In this document: in pieces, positions 47,336 through 58,473 of the stretch | How the letters are laid out: each line of letters starts with the position of its first letter | How positions within the stretch are numbered: the first letter of the stretch is position 1 | NCBI GenBank assembly: GCA_046759445.1 | Contig: JBHICG010000002.1 | Coordinates: 32,001-96,000, forward strand | Origin: Candidatus Scalinduaceae bacterium | GTDB lineage: Bacteria > Planctomycetota > Brocadiia > Brocadiales > Scalinduaceae | Length of the DNA: 64,000 nt | Reading direction: 5' to 3' | Program-made: the position numbers and the translations under genes | Notes under the pieces: generated by a model | The model's input: only the letters and a program-made list of their open reading frames with translations | Databases searched by the model: none | Told to the model about the DNA's origin: nothing

Positions 47336-48988
47336 TCATTTGGGTGAGTTGAAAGGTTCTAATTTAAAAAGTTCTCGCAGCATTGATTCAGGATAGATAC
47401 AAAAAAGATATTCTCTATTTGTAACAATTGAATTGTACATTAACTTCTTCTCTATTTGCTCTATTTCTGTTTCTTTCTCATCAATTAAGGGTTTGATCTT
47501 TTCCTTCATCAATGCATTAAGTTGTTTAAGTCTGTTAAAAATCCAACGTCTTTCTTTACTATCATGTGTTTCCCTGGCTATAAGGTCTTTTTTTTCACTT
47601 ATCATAGACCTCATGCCTACGTCTTCCATAGTTTCCCTTGGGGCGTATCTTTCAGGATTGTAATTCATATCATTAATATCTTGCTTGAGGACTCTAATAT
47701 CTTTGCCAGAAGCATTATAAGGTTTATATGGCAGATGTAGAGTTGCCGTAATCGTTGCATGCCCGGGAGGCTCCACGCCAAAAAAAGCCCTTATGATTTC
47801 ATCAGTTACCAAATCATATTTTGCGCCCCCAACCCCATGAATAAACAGGTCAGAAAAAAACATCCTTGAATACATGGTTGTAATTATGGCCTTTGGCCGT
47901 ATCTTCATACCAGCGTTTATCAAAATCTTTATTTTCCTTAAATTTTCCGACGAATTTACCTTTCCGTAGAAATCAAGATCAGCAACAACTATATTTTCGG
48001 ATACTAAGCTTACGTGTTTATCACTTGTCACGGAAGCAAACAGTCTTTCCCTTGGTTCATTTTTCTTCCATATCCAAAATGGTAATTCAATCATGTCTTC
48101 TTTTACCATCAAATCAGGTAATGGATTAGCCTTTGAACTAATCTTTTTTAATTTACGATACTCTCCAAGTTTTGCGTTATAAATTCGCACAAAATTCCTT
48201 ATATCCCCTACTATGTGCAGAAAGAAATTTAAAAAAGACTCTGTCTCAGATATAAGAGAGACAGGTATCTCCAGATTGCTAATGCTAAATCTCTGTAAGT
48301 ATGAGTGAATTGAATAGGTAAACAAATCACCAAGACTTTTCGTTTCCTTGCTAAGTGCTATTACCATATCTATAAAATCTTTGAATGTCTTCTTCATGTC
48401 AGGATTAGATATGATTCGAAGCACATTTTTTTTAAAGGCCGTCAATTGTGTTGCATCTGTATATCTGACTTCTTCAAAAGCAAGATTATATAACCTTGAG
48501 ACAAATTCTATCTTTTCCATTGAAGAACTTAATCCGTTTATTTTTGGAATGTTCAAATAATTGTCATGGCAGCCGTCATTATCAACTACCATATTTATGC
48601 CGATGCCATTTACGCTTTTTGAAATACTATTTACGAGTTTATTCTTTACCATTATACCTGGGTGTGCGAGGATTGGTGGGTGTCCGGTTTGTATTATGGT
48701 TTTGTCTGGAGTGTAAGAATTATGAATAGATGGCAGGTCTTTTTTAGATATTATCTTTAATTTTGAACAGGTGAACCATAATTTCTCAGAATATTCCCTT
48801 GCCTTTTTTAGTATCTCGGTTCTGGCCTGTTTGCGAAACTTAGAAAAGGGGATACCGTTAATATTAAAATTGTAAGATTGAAATCTCTCCTTATTTAGTT
48901 CGATTAATCCGGGAATGTCTTTATAAATGGGCTTGATGAATATCTCTTTGTCTTTTTTTGGAATCACAAATGTTTCAATTTTCATAGA
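47336..48988 (-). CDS. Conserved hypothetical protein, distantly BshC-like
   Basis: QTGHPP..AHPG, VVDND, LFIHGVGGAKYD, C-terminal coiled coil and NRE. Start set at MKIETF. Confidence 0.5.
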   Translation of the reverse strand, partial: SMKIETFVIPKKDKEIFIKPIYKDIPGLIELNKERFQSYNFNINGIPFSKFRKQARTEILKKAREYSEKLWFTCSKLKIISKKDLPSIHNSYTPDKTIIQTGHPPILAHPGIMVKNKLVNSISKSVNGIGINMVVDNDGCHDNYLNIPKINGLSSSMEKIEFVSRLYNLAFEEVRYTDATQLTAFKKNVLRIISNPDMKKTFKDFIDMVIALSKETKSLGDLFTYSIHSYLQRFSISNLEIPVSLISETESFLNFFLHIVGDIRNFVRIYNAKLGEYRKLKKISSKANPLPDLMVKEDMIELPFWIWKKNEPRERLFASVTSDKHVSLVSENIVVADLDFYGKVNSSENLRKIKILINAGMKIRPKAIITTMYSRMFFSDLFIHGVGGAKYDLVTDEIIRAFFGVEPPGHATITATLHLPYKPYNASGKDIRVLKQDINDMNYNPERYAPRETMEDVGMRSMISEKKDLIARETHDSKERRWIFNRLKQLNALMKEKIKPLIDEKETEIEQIEKKLMYNSIVTNREYLFCIYPESMLRELFKLEPFNSPK

Positions 48989-49065
48989 CATTAGCTTCTC
49001 AGCCTGCCTGTGCGAAGCACGCAAACAGGTCGCTAATTTAAATGTATAGGAATTTCAATCATAGT

Positions 49066-49144
49066 TTCCCCTCTAGAAAGAGGGGATTAAGGGGTGTGTA
49101 GATATACCTTTAACACACCCCCAGCCCCTCTTTTTAGAGGGGAA
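49066..49144. repeat. GC-rich nested palindrome (REP-like, possible mutS terminator)
   Basis: TTCCCCTCT...AGAGGGG...GGGGTGTGT...ACACACCCC...CCCCTCT...AGAGGGGAA. Confidence 0.65.
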
Positions 49145-49248
49145 CATGAAAGTCGCTGCCAAAGGCAGCTTAACTTGTTGCTTTTTGCTCCGCAAAATAA
49201 AACTTAAAATATTTGGTTCAGGTTACAAACTTGAAGCCATTTAGAGAT

Positions 49249-51879
49249 TTATTTTTCCAATTTCTCTTTTAAATTATGAAGTTTGTTGAGGGCATCAATT
49301 GGTGTGATTTTTGAGGTGTCAAGATTCTTTAACTCTTGAATCACTTTATTCTCAGGCGTATTAAAGAGAGGAAGTTGCATTGGTTTAGTTACCTCTTCTT
49401 TTTTATTAATAGTCGCAAATTTGGGTTTGCCGTTAATGTCCAGAGTTTCTGCCTCAAGATTGGCAAGTATTACCTTTGCCCTTCCAATGACCTCATTAGG
49501 CATACCAGCCAATCTGGCGACATGGATACCATAGCTTTTATCTGTACCGCCCTCAATAATCTTTCTTAAGAAGATTATTTCATCTTCCCATTCCCTCACT
49601 GCAATGTTAAAGTTTTTGATACCCGGGAAAAGTAAGGCCAATTCGGCAAGTTCGTGGTAGTGAGTAGCAAACAACGTTCTTGCCTTAAGATGCTCATATA
49701 TGTATTCTGTTAATGCCCACGCAATACTCACGCCATCAAAGGTACTGGTACCACGACCAACTTCATCAAGTATTATCAAGCTCTGTTTTGTAGCATTGTT
49801 CAGGATATTTGCGGCCTCATTCATCTCCACCATAAATGTACTCTGACCTTTTGCTAATTCATCCATTGCCCCCACCCTCGTAAATATACGGTCAACAACA
49901 CCTATGGTTGCCTCTTTTGCAGGAATAAAACTACCCATCTGTGCCATGAGGACAAGCAAAGCTACCTGGCGAATGTACGTACTTTTACCTGCCATGTTAG
50001 GCCCCGTAATAACCATGATTTGATTATTTACTCCATCGATATCAGTATCATTAGGTATAAACTTCTCGCCTATCAGGGTCTTTTCCAGTACAGGATGCCT
50101 CCCATCAATAATTCTGAGGCAGTGACCATCTTTAACTACGGGTCTTGAATATCCGCTATCAACGGCAATACACGCAAGCGCTGCAATACAATCTAAATGG
50201 GCAATAACATCTGCTATCTTTTGAATGCGTTCAGTATATGTGCTTATGTCCTCTCGAATCTCTTGAAAGATATCATACTCTAATTCCTTTGCCCTTTCAT
50301 CAGCAGTAAGAACCTTTGCCTCATATTCCTTGAGTTCGGGGGTAATATATCTTTCTGCATTCTTAAGAGTTTGTTTGCGAATATACGTATCAGGTATATT
50401 ATTTTTGTGAACATTTGTGATTTCAATATAATATCCAAAAACCTTGTTGTAACCAGCCTTTAATGAATTTATGCCTGTCCGTTCAATCTCTTTTGCCTGA
50501 AAGTTTGCTATCCAGGTCTTCCCATTCCTACTGGTATTTCGTAACTCATCCAAATTGTGATCATAACCTTCTTGTATAATGCCACCTTCACGAACAGAAT
50601 GAGGTGGTTCGGGAACTATGGCAGTGCTTATAAGCACCCTGACTTCCTCTAATATATCCAGCGCTTCATAAAGTGATTTAAGAATAGGCGAATTGCAGAC
50701 AGAAATCATCTTTTTTAATTTTGGTAATACAGAAATCGATTGCTTTAGTGAAATAAGGTCTCTTGCGTTTGCTCGACCAAAGCTGATTTTCGTAGAGATC
50801 CTTTCAATATCATAAACGTCCTTCAAATGTTCCCTGATTTCCTTGCACAGGTTTTTATTATCATATAATTCCTCAACCCCATCCTGTCTAAATCTTATAT
50901 CCTCTGACGTACAAAGCGGACTTATCAACCAGCCTTTTATTAGACGTCCTCCCATGGGAGTTTTAGTCTTATCAATTATACCAAGCAGGGAACCTTCCTT
51001 TTGATGCGTTCTTATCGTCTTAACCAGTTCTAAACTTTGTTGTGTTGAATGATCTAACATCAGACGATTTCGACTTGAGAATTTTTCAATTCTATGGATA
51101 TGTTTAAGTGATGTTTTTTGTGTTTCGTTCAGGTAATTCATTAATGCACCTGCTGCGTTTATGGATGGGCCGGAATCTTCACAACCAAATCCCTCCAGCG
51201 AAGAAGTGCCAAAATGACTAATGAGCCTGCTATATGCCGTCTCTCGCGTAAATTCCCAATCCGCACGATATGTTATCATCGTGCTAAAATCTCCAGACAA
51301 TCTTTTCGGAAGGTCAAACTCTTTAAAAGTAAAATTTTCTGGCAGAATACACTCAGATGGATTTATCCTCGTTAATTCATCCATTAAACGAACCTCACTA
51401 ATGTCCTGTATCATGAATTTACCGGTAGAAATATCAACCCACGATAAACCAATACTATCGTCATTTAAAAACATGGATAAAAGATAATTGTTGTCCTTAT
51501 CATTCAGCATTGCATCTTCAGTAAGTGTGCCAGGTGTTATGATCCTTATAACATCTCGTTCAACTATTTCCCCTGTCTCCATTTTTGAGCTGGATTTTCT
51601 TAAGCTATCTTGTATCTGCTCACATACAGCAACCTTATATCCAGCCTTAATCAACTTTTGGATATAAGACTCGGCTGCGTGATGAGGTATACCGGCCATA
51701 GGTACAGCCTTTTCTCCTTTAGACCTTGAGGTCAAAGCAATACCAAGAATTTTCGTTGCAATCTTGGCATCATCATAGAACATCTCATAAAAGTCACCCA
51801 TACGGAAAAACAATAATGCATCCTCATGTTTCCTCTTTATGCTCATATATTGTTTCATCATGGGGGTTGAAAAAGTCAT
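49249..51879 (-). CDS. mutS: DNA mismatch repair protein MutS
   Basis: TPMMKQY, FFRMGDFYE, TGPNMAGKSTY, DEVGRGTSTFDG, ATHYHEL. Confidence 0.97.
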   Translation of the reverse strand: MTFSTPMMKQYMSIKRKHEDALLFFRMGDFYEMFYDDAKIATKILGIALTSRSKGEKAVPMAGIPHHAAESYIQKLIKAGYKVAVCEQIQDSLRKSSSKMETGEIVERDVIRIITPGTLTEDAMLNDKDNNYLLSMFLNDDSIGLSWVDISTGKFMIQDISEVRLMDELTRINPSECILPENFTFKEFDLPKRLSGDFSTMITYRADWEFTRETAYSRLISHFGTSSLEGFGCEDSGPSINAAGALMNYLNETQKTSLKHIHRIEKFSSRNRLMLDHSTQQSLELVKTIRTHQKEGSLLGIIDKTKTPMGGRLIKGWLISPLCTSEDIRFRQDGVEELYDNKNLCKEIREHLKDVYDIERISTKISFGRANARDLISLKQSISVLPKLKKMISVCNSPILKSLYEALDILEEVRVLISTAIVPEPPHSVREGGIIQEGYDHNLDELRNTSRNGKTWIANFQAKEIERTGINSLKAGYNKVFGYYIEITNVHKNNIPDTYIRKQTLKNAERYITPELKEYEAKVLTADERAKELEYDIFQEIREDISTYTERIQKIADVIAHLDCIAALACIAVDSGYSRPVVKDGHCLRIIDGRHPVLEKTLIGEKFIPNDTDIDGVNNQIMVITGPNMAGKSTYIRQVALLVLMAQMGSFIPAKEATIGVVDRIFTRVGAMDELAKGQSTFMVEMNEAANILNNATKQSLIILDEVGRGTSTFDGVSIAWALTEYIYEHLKARTLFATHYHELAELALLFPGIKNFNIAVREWEDEIIFLRKIIEGGTDKSYGIHVARLAGMPNEVIGRAKVILANLEAETLDINGKPKFATINKKEEVTKPMQLPLFNTPENKVIQELKNLDTSKITPIDALNKLHNLKEKLEK

Positions 51880-52120
51880 CTTACATCCTTTTTTACTAAA
51901 GGGTTGTAATCAAAATCCGAATCTAGTGATTTCTTAAAATACACCTACCATTACGGAATGTCAAGATATAGACTAAGTATCTATTTAATAAAGACCAAAA
52001 AAAATTGGAAGTTCTAAATTGAATTATGATAGTATTAAAGAGAAAAAGAAGGTGTTTTAAATTACCTAGTTTTTATGAATTCTTGAAATAGAACTTTTTT
52101 GAAGAAAGGAGTGAAAAACG

Positions 52121-52453
52121 ATGTCTAAACTGGCCAGTAAACAATGTGTACCTTGTATGGGCGGTGTACCGCCTTTGAAAGGTGAGGAACTTGAACGACT
52201 TAGCGAGCAAGTAAAAGGATGGGACGTAAATGAAGAGCATCACATTTCCAAGACATACAAATTCCCCAACTTCGTAAAAGCGCTTGCGTTTGTCAACAAA
52301 GTGGGTGAAATTGCAGAACAACAGGGACACCATCCAGACATCTTTCTGACCTGGGGGAAGGTTCGTATTAAAACATGGACTCATAAGATAGATGGTCTGA
52401 CAGAAAGTGACTTTATCCTTGCCGCTAAGATTGATGAGATCCCTATTGTCTAG
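52121..52453 (+). CDS. phhB: Pterin-4-alpha-carbinolamine dehydratase
   Basis: GHHPDI, WTHKIDGLTESDFILAAKID; AAGGAG RBS. Confidence 0.9.
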   Translation: MSKLASKQCVPCMGGVPPLKGEELERLSEQVKGWDVNEEHHISKTYKFPNFVKALAFVNKVGEIAEQQGHHPDIFLTWGKVRIKTWTHKIDGLTESDFILAAKIDEIPIV

Positions 52454-52604
52454 CAGTTGTACTATATAACCTAAATTCCAGAGTTATAATCGTCTGCTAT
52501 TCTCTGGTAAAAATAGCAAAAGCTGTGGTGCAGTACTGAATAAAGAATTATCCAGAGTCAATTAATTGGTACTTTTACATTTATGTCTAGGAATTTCAAA
52601 GATA

Positions 52605-53080
52605 AGATTCTTCGTCATGGAGTTTACCCTCGAGCCTGTCAATCTGAATACAAAGTTCGAAGACTCTAAAAAGTAAGATTCTTCGGTCGCTTAGCTCCCT
52701 CAGAATGACAGGTGAAGGGTACCTCAGAATGACATCGTGGTGATGAAAGTGTTACTCTTCGCCAGGCTGTCCGAGAATAAACAAAAGCACCATTTTTGTC
52801 ATTCTGACCCCGCTGCTTTCTTGCCGAAAGTAGGCTCTGTAAGAGCGAAAGCAAGAAGCGGGGTCAGAATCTTTAATTATAAGTATTTACAGAAGTATTA
52901 GATTCCGGATCAAGTCTGGGTGTGATTCTGTCTGTCCTTCGGACAGTTTAGCAGAATCACCTAAGCAATTCTGCAACAACAGAATTGCCAATGACAATTC
53001 TCGGACAACCTGTTGCTCCCAGACTGTGTTACAATTATAAAAATGCACTCAATGTCATTCTGGAGCGTAGCGAAGAATCC
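52605..53080. repeat. Cluster of REP-like palindromes (TGTCATTC...GAATCT family)
   Basis: Copies at 52676-52710, 52797-52872, 52899-52996 and 53053-53080; relatives at 55316-55344, 59945-60055, ~61360-61420, 63495-63580 and ~63672-63720. Confidence 0.75.
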
Positions 53081-53133
53081 AACTTGTGGCAAGAGATTTC
53101 GTGATTAATATACAGAAAACTAGAACAATTGTT

Positions 53134-53547
53134 ATGAAAACTATAGAAAAAATAGGGTTAATATATTATTTAAGTAAGAAGCGGTTTCTTAAGAAAGGAA
53201 TAAAAGTTTTGGATATTGCACCTTCAATGGCTTGTAAAAGATATTTTGAAAGAAGAGATATTGATTATATTTCTATTAATATACAAAGGCCATTAAATCC
53301 TCAATCGATTAAAACACAGATGGATTTAACTATGTTAGGTTTTAAGAACGAAAAGTTTGATTTGGTAATTATAAGTCATGTTCTGGATTATATAAAAAAG
53401 GATATACAAGCACTAAAGGAATCATACAGGGTATTAAAAAAAAGTGGGAAATGTCTTATACTAATTCCCTTTTACGGAGACAGAATTATTACTGAAGAAT
53501 TAAACAAAATTATAATTTTCCAGTATGTAATTTATGTATTTACCTAA
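53134..53547 (+). pseudogene. Class I SAM methyltransferase, truncated
   Basis: VLDIAP, DLTMLGFKNEKFDLVIISHVLDY, RVLKKSG; ends prematurely. Confidence 0.6.
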
Positions 53548-53899
53548 GGATCCAAATATTATTTATTTATCACAAACATTTCCATCTGTTACCACAACAT
53601 TTGAATTAAATGAGATATATGAACTTGAAAGATCAGGATGCAAAATAGAATTATTTTCTCTGAAACGACCTTGCCACACTATAGTACATAATAAAGCCCG
53701 AAGCTTTGTAAGCGGGGTTACTTATGCCTCTCCCATCTCCCTTTGGAAGGGAATGTCAGCGAATCTTTATTTTTTGTTTTCATCTCCTTTAAATTATCTT
53801 GAAGCCCTTTTTTTGCACATAATATTTTTTTTATTGCCGTATCATTACCATGAAGTTTCTGTTTTTATAAAGTCCGTATACCTTGCAAAGATTATGTGA
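53534..53899 (+). pseudogene. Glycosyltransferase family 4 N-terminal fragment
   Basis: IIYLSQTFPSVTTTFELNEIYELERSG...FSL; only 121 aa. Confidence 0.6.
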
Positions 53900-54144
53900 A
53901 CTTTATAGATGCATTTTGAGGTTTCTAAGAAAGGAAGGTATTTTATAGATCGGTGGGTGACAACTTTCAATATTGATAACTGTAGGATTTTTGTCGTAAT
54001 TACTCTATAACTTGTAATGGCAATTTAACCATCATAAAAAACTTGACAATTTGCAACAAACTTATATATATTTATACGCTTTGCTGAAAGAACATTTTCA
54101 AGATATTAGAATTTGTAACTATAATTTAGACTTAATGGAGGTTT

Positions 54145-54336
54145 ATGATGAAAGCAAAAGTAGATGCGGATACTTGTACAGGTTGCGAACTTTGTGTGCA
54201 AACATGCCCTGAGGTTTTTGAAATGGAAGACGACTTAGCTGTCGCAAAGGTTGATGAAGTTCCGGCGGATGCAGAAGAAACCTGCAGACAGGCAGCCGAA
54301 GAATGTCCTGTTGAAGCAATAATTATTGAAGAATAA
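54145..54336 (+). CDS. Monocluster ferredoxin
   Basis: CTGCELCVQTCP...ECPVEAI; GGAGG RBS; TTGACA promoter at 54043. Confidence 0.93.
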   Translation: MMKAKVDADTCTGCELCVQTCPEVFEMEDDLAVAKVDEVPADAEETCRQAAEECPVEAIIIEE

Positions 54337-54475
54337 TTATTGTGTGAAAACCGCAGGATAAGTATTTTGCCACAGAAGACAAATGGAATGTTGTGCGTGT
54401 CCGTGTTTAAGCTGTCTAAAGTTCTCTACGAACATTTCAGAACTGTTTTGAAGATTGTATGGGAAGTGATATAGT

Positions 54476-55186
54476 TTATGGAAATCTGCTCAGTACGATA
54501 TCCGAGTACCAAGCCTCAACCTTTCCGTGAGTTCGATCAGCATTGGTCTGAAGCCCCACGTAGATAATTACGGGTGGTTCCTCTCCAAATTCCTGGGTAT
54601 AGTCCTCATAATGGTTCACCTTGTAGCTTAACCACTTACCAGCATCTTTTTCACCACTCTGGACTATTATCATCTTTGCCCTGGCCTCACATGGATTTTT
54701 AAAACGTTCTCCCACAGTCAGGTTATTTCCGTATGCATATATTAAGATCTTGTATTTGTATGGTATCCCCAAAAACATTTTCCCGTAGACCACACACACG
54801 GCAGCGGGGTAATCATCACCACCCACTTCCTTCTCTCTACTGTTCGGCAGGATATTAGAGATCTTCCAGTTCCAACTCAAAAATGGATATTCTTTTGGGC
54901 CAAGATTAAGTGGTTTAAAGAGAATAGCACCACTATCATTTGCTTTTACATAAAGTGTATTTTTACCTTCTATTTTTACAAGCTTAGGCATAATCCTGTT
55001 CTTAATCTCCCTGCAGATTCCCTTATGGGTTTTCCAACCTATAGGTTCACCCTTAGCCATCTCTTGTTCATTGAAAGTGGTGATAAGAATAGAATCTTTT
55101 AGTGGCATTTCAGAAGCTGTGGCACAGGAAAAGGGAAAGAAGATAGTCATAATGATCAAGCCTCTCATAAAAGGCACGTCAAACAT
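54476..55186 (-). CDS. DUF3047-like exported protein
   Basis: YPFLSWNWKI, DDYPAAV, QSG...GKW...NHYEDY...FGEEPP. Confidence 0.7.
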   Translation of the reverse strand: MFDVPFMRGLIIMTIFFPFSCATASEMPLKDSILITTFNEQEMAKGEPIGWKTHKGICREIKNRIMPKLVKIEGKNTLYVKANDSGAILFKPLNLGPKEYPFLSWNWKISNILPNSREKEVGGDDYPAAVCVVYGKMFLGIPYKYKILIYAYGNNLTVGERFKNPCEARAKMIIVQSGEKDAGKWLSYKVNHYEDYTQEFGEEPPVIIYVGLQTNADRTHGKVEAWYSDIVLSRFP

Positions 55187-55372
55187 TTTGGGTTCACCGC
55201 AAAGAATGCAGAGATAATAGAGAAAATTCTTAATATATCAAAAATAAAAGGGCGAAGACTTAATTTCTAAAAGAAGTATTTACCCTTTAGGGTTTTATAA
55301 TAGGCTGCCCATGCATGTCATTCTGAGCCGTAGGTGAAGAATCTCTTACTTAGTAATCTCTGTGGTAAGTGA

Positions 55373-56380
55373 TTATAATAATCTTTCAGCAATCTGGACT
55401 GCATTCAAGGCAGCGCCTTTCAATAAATTATCACTTACAATCCACAGGTTTAGTCCGTTTTCAACTGAGTTATCTTCCCTTATCCTTCCGACAAATGTTT
55501 CGTCTTTGCCTGCCGCATCAGTTGCCAGTGGATATAACTGCCTTGACGGATCATCAATGACGACTAAACCCTCAGCCTTGCTCAGCAAGTTCCTTGCCTC
55601 ATCGGCGTTTATCTTTGCTTCAGTTTCTATATTAACCGATTCACTATGCCCTCTAAAAACTGGCACCCTTACGGTGGTCGCAGTCATACATAAAGAATTG
55701 TCATCCAATATCTTTTTTGTTTCATTAATCATCTTCATTTCTTCTTCTGTGTAACCGTTTTGCAAAAAGGCGTTACTCTGTGGTATCTGAGGCAGGACAT
55801 TAAATGCGATCTGATGAGGAAATACGTTTCGGTTATAATTGTCTTCATTAGAAAGCAGATATTCACTCTCCCTCCTTAATTCGTCCATGGCCTTTAGCCC
55901 AGCCCCTGATACCGCCTGATATGTTGATACCACGACCCTCTTGATCTTTACGGCATCATGTAACGGTTTTAAAACCAGGACAAGTTGGATTGTTGAGCAG
56001 TTTGGATTTGCAATTATGCCATTATGCTCTGTTATCTTATTTGCATTTACTTCTGGTACTACAAGGGGCACATCATCGTCCATTCTGAAGGCGCTTGTGT
56101 TGTCCACAACAACGCTGTTGCCCTCAATAGCATATGGTGCAAATTCCCTGCTTATGGTACCACCCGCGCTAAAAAGGGCAATGTTTATGCCTTCAAAGGA
56201 GTCCTTAGTTAATTCTTGTATCTGTATTTCATTTCCCCTGAAAACCACCTTCTTTCCTGCTGAACGACTTGAGGCAAGTGGCCTTATCGTATCGGCGGGA
56301 AAGTTCCTTCTTTCGAGCACCTTGAGCATTTCCGCTCCTACTGCTCCGGTAGCTCCAACTATTGCGACATTAACCCCCAT
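55373..56380 (-). CDS. asd: Aspartate-semialdehyde dehydrogenase
   Basis: GATGAVG, NPNCST, QAVSGAG, GHSE, DNLLKGAALNAVQ. Confidence 0.96.
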   Translation of the reverse strand: MGVNVAIVGATGAVGAEMLKVLERRNFPADTIRPLASSRSAGKKVVFRGNEIQIQELTKDSFEGINIALFSAGGTISREFAPYAIEGNSVVVDNTSAFRMDDDVPLVVPEVNANKITEHNGIIANPNCSTIQLVLVLKPLHDAVKIKRVVVSTYQAVSGAGLKAMDELRRESEYLLSNEDNYNRNVFPHQIAFNVLPQIPQSNAFLQNGYTEEEMKMINETKKILDDNSLCMTATTVRVPVFRGHSESVNIETEAKINADEARNLLSKAEGLVVIDDPSRQLYPLATDAAGKDETFVGRIREDNSVENGLNLWIVSDNLLKGAALNAVQIAERLL

Positions 56381-56453
56381 TCAATCTTGCTCCTTTTTTA
56401 TATATTTTCCAGTGGTATTCCGTGTAACTCAGTGGTAAACTTTCCTCTCCTTT

Positions 56454-57419
56454 TTATTTGACTCTGATTAAGATATCATCACTGATTCCTAGTTTGTTCT
56501 TTGTTTTATGAATCTGAGATAAAAATCTTTTGGCATCTTCTGGATAACCTGCAGTTGGCTTTATGTCGTGTACCCTCTCTTGCCAGTACTCATTAAATAA
56601 TCTTATAAATAGTTCTCGTATGTATTTACTGAACATTGATGCAAGCGCAGTTGGAAAATACTTTGAGTCTGCACCTACTGCAAATGATACATTCATCTTT
56701 CTTCTCTCATTGCTAATCTTATACGTTGATATTGAATTTCCCTCCAAAATAGCGTTTACGTTACATCCCTCAAAACTATTTGCCAGTAATTTATGATAGT
56801 GATTTCTTCCCCCGTGTTTATCGATTAAGACTTGAGGTTCATTTTTCCCAAATTGCTCAAATATTCCTTTAAGATGTTTTTCGCTGTTCTTAAAAAGGAG
56901 TAAAGATTTGTTTCCGTAAAGTTTTAGCTGCTTGTTTATTTCATACGCACAAATAAAGATGCTCTTGACTTCAAGCAAACTTACCTCTTGTAGACTTATA
57001 GTGTTTTTGACGAGGTCAACATAATTCAGGATGGCAGATACATTTGATGCGACTGGTAAATCTATATCTTTTCCTTTATACCATGGATATTTATTAAATA
57101 CTTCTTCGTTGTAGTTTGACAATAATTTTAACAAATCAGAAAATCTTGTTACTTGACCTTTTGTACACCAGATAAAGGATAAAACTGCTTCCTCCAAAAT
57201 TTTTAATCCACTTTTTTGTGAATATATTTTTTTACTGTCATGTACAACTACACGGTTACGGCGTTTTTGAATCTTATCTGAAATCGCCTCTTTGAGTAAG
57301 TGCCAGATGTTAATTTTATTGTTATATTTAACAGGTATGTCAATGGCGACAGTGGTTAACACAAGTGGCCCCAATTTCGGGCCGTAACCAGCCTCGTCAA
57401 TACCCGCAATTATTGACAT
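56454..57419 (-). CDS. Ribonuclease HII-like protein
   Basis: AGIDEAGYGP..GPLV, DSKK, DKHGG, ALASMFSK. Confidence 0.75.
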   Translation of the reverse strand: MSIIAGIDEAGYGPKLGPLVLTTVAIDIPVKYNNKINIWHLLKEAISDKIQKRRNRVVVHDSKKIYSQKSGLKILEEAVLSFIWCTKGQVTRFSDLLKLLSNYNEEVFNKYPWYKGKDIDLPVASNVSAILNYVDLVKNTISLQEVSLLEVKSIFICAYEINKQLKLYGNKSLLLFKNSEKHLKGIFEQFGKNEPQVLIDKHGGRNHYHKLLANSFEGCNVNAILEGNSISTYKISNERRKMNVSFAVGADSKYFPTALASMFSKYIRELFIRLFNEYWQERVHDIKPTAGYPEDAKRFLSQIHKTKNKLGISDDILIRVK

Positions 57420-57777
57420 CTTTTTACGATTTCTTAAATTTTTCTTTGAGAATTATAAATGGAAATATTAAAAAAACAAAAGGCATCTTGGATTATAACG
57501 CATGGGTTAAGGCTGTCAAGAAACCATTTGTAGTCGAATAACCGGAGATTTATACAACCCTGCTAACTCTATTATATTTTGGAACACTACTCACAATTGG
57601 AATGGTTGAATAATAATATTGGGTCTGGCTCCACGCCATTAGTTAATAAACCTTAAAAAGTATTGACAGCTAAAATGTTTTATGCGATAAATAGTCTTAA
57701 TTACAAAAAAAAAAATTAACAAAGCCAACATGATTACCAAACTTAATATCAACAAGTTATAGGTTTTTCACAAAGTT

Positions 57778-58221
57778 ATGACAAAAATGATAGAAGGTAA
57801 AGTTGTTAGAATACTTGATGAATACAGCATAGTTATCAATGTCGGCAGAAACGATGTGGTATCAGAAGGCATGGTTTTTGCGGTTTTTACGCAGAGTGAT
57901 GACGAAATAAAAGATCCAGATAATGGTGAAGTCCTCGGGAAGCTGGAAAACGTAAAAGACTATGTCACCGTAGCTCATGTTCAAGAAAAATTTTCCACCT
58001 GTGTTGCAAGAGGGCAGGAAAAAATAACTAAAGAGAGTCAAAGCTCTGGTGTTCAAACTCTTAGTGGGGCTATGATGGCTGAATCTATGACAGCAAGACC
58101 AGGTGGCTATAAAGTCGGTACTGAGAAGTTAAATGTTAACGTCTCTCAGATTATGGGTATGCCGCAATCTGGCCCAATTTCAGTTGGTGATAGAGTACGT
58201 TCTGTTGGGATAAAAGTATAA
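57778..58221 (+). CDS. Hypothetical beta-rich protein
   Basis: KVVRILDEYSIVINVG...IKDPDNGEVLG...ISVGDRV. Confidence 0.7.
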   Translation: MTKMIEGKVVRILDEYSIVINVGRNDVVSEGMVFAVFTQSDDEIKDPDNGEVLGKLENVKDYVTVAHVQEKFSTCVARGQEKITKESQSSGVQTLSGAMMAESMTARPGGYKVGTEKLNVNVSQIMGMPQSGPISVGDRVRSVGIKV

Positions 58222-58473
58222 AATCTAAAGATATCGCTACTTCTTTTTTAACCTCCAAGATATTAATCTCTAATTCAACAATTTCTTGCTTTTTCTATCA
58301 GAATATTTATTAATGAAATTTCCCCAAATATCTGACAAGCGCTAAATTCGAAACCCGAAGCACGAAATGTGAAATAAATTCAATGTACTGCACCCCTTTT
58401 ATCAAGCAGCAAAATTTGTATTTGTGAAAATTGTAATATCAACAAGACGTTTATTGAAAAGAGAACCTAAATT

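Noticed and set aside
52666..52854. 62-aa ORF with CHSE repeats
   Set aside because: It is a translation of REP palindromes
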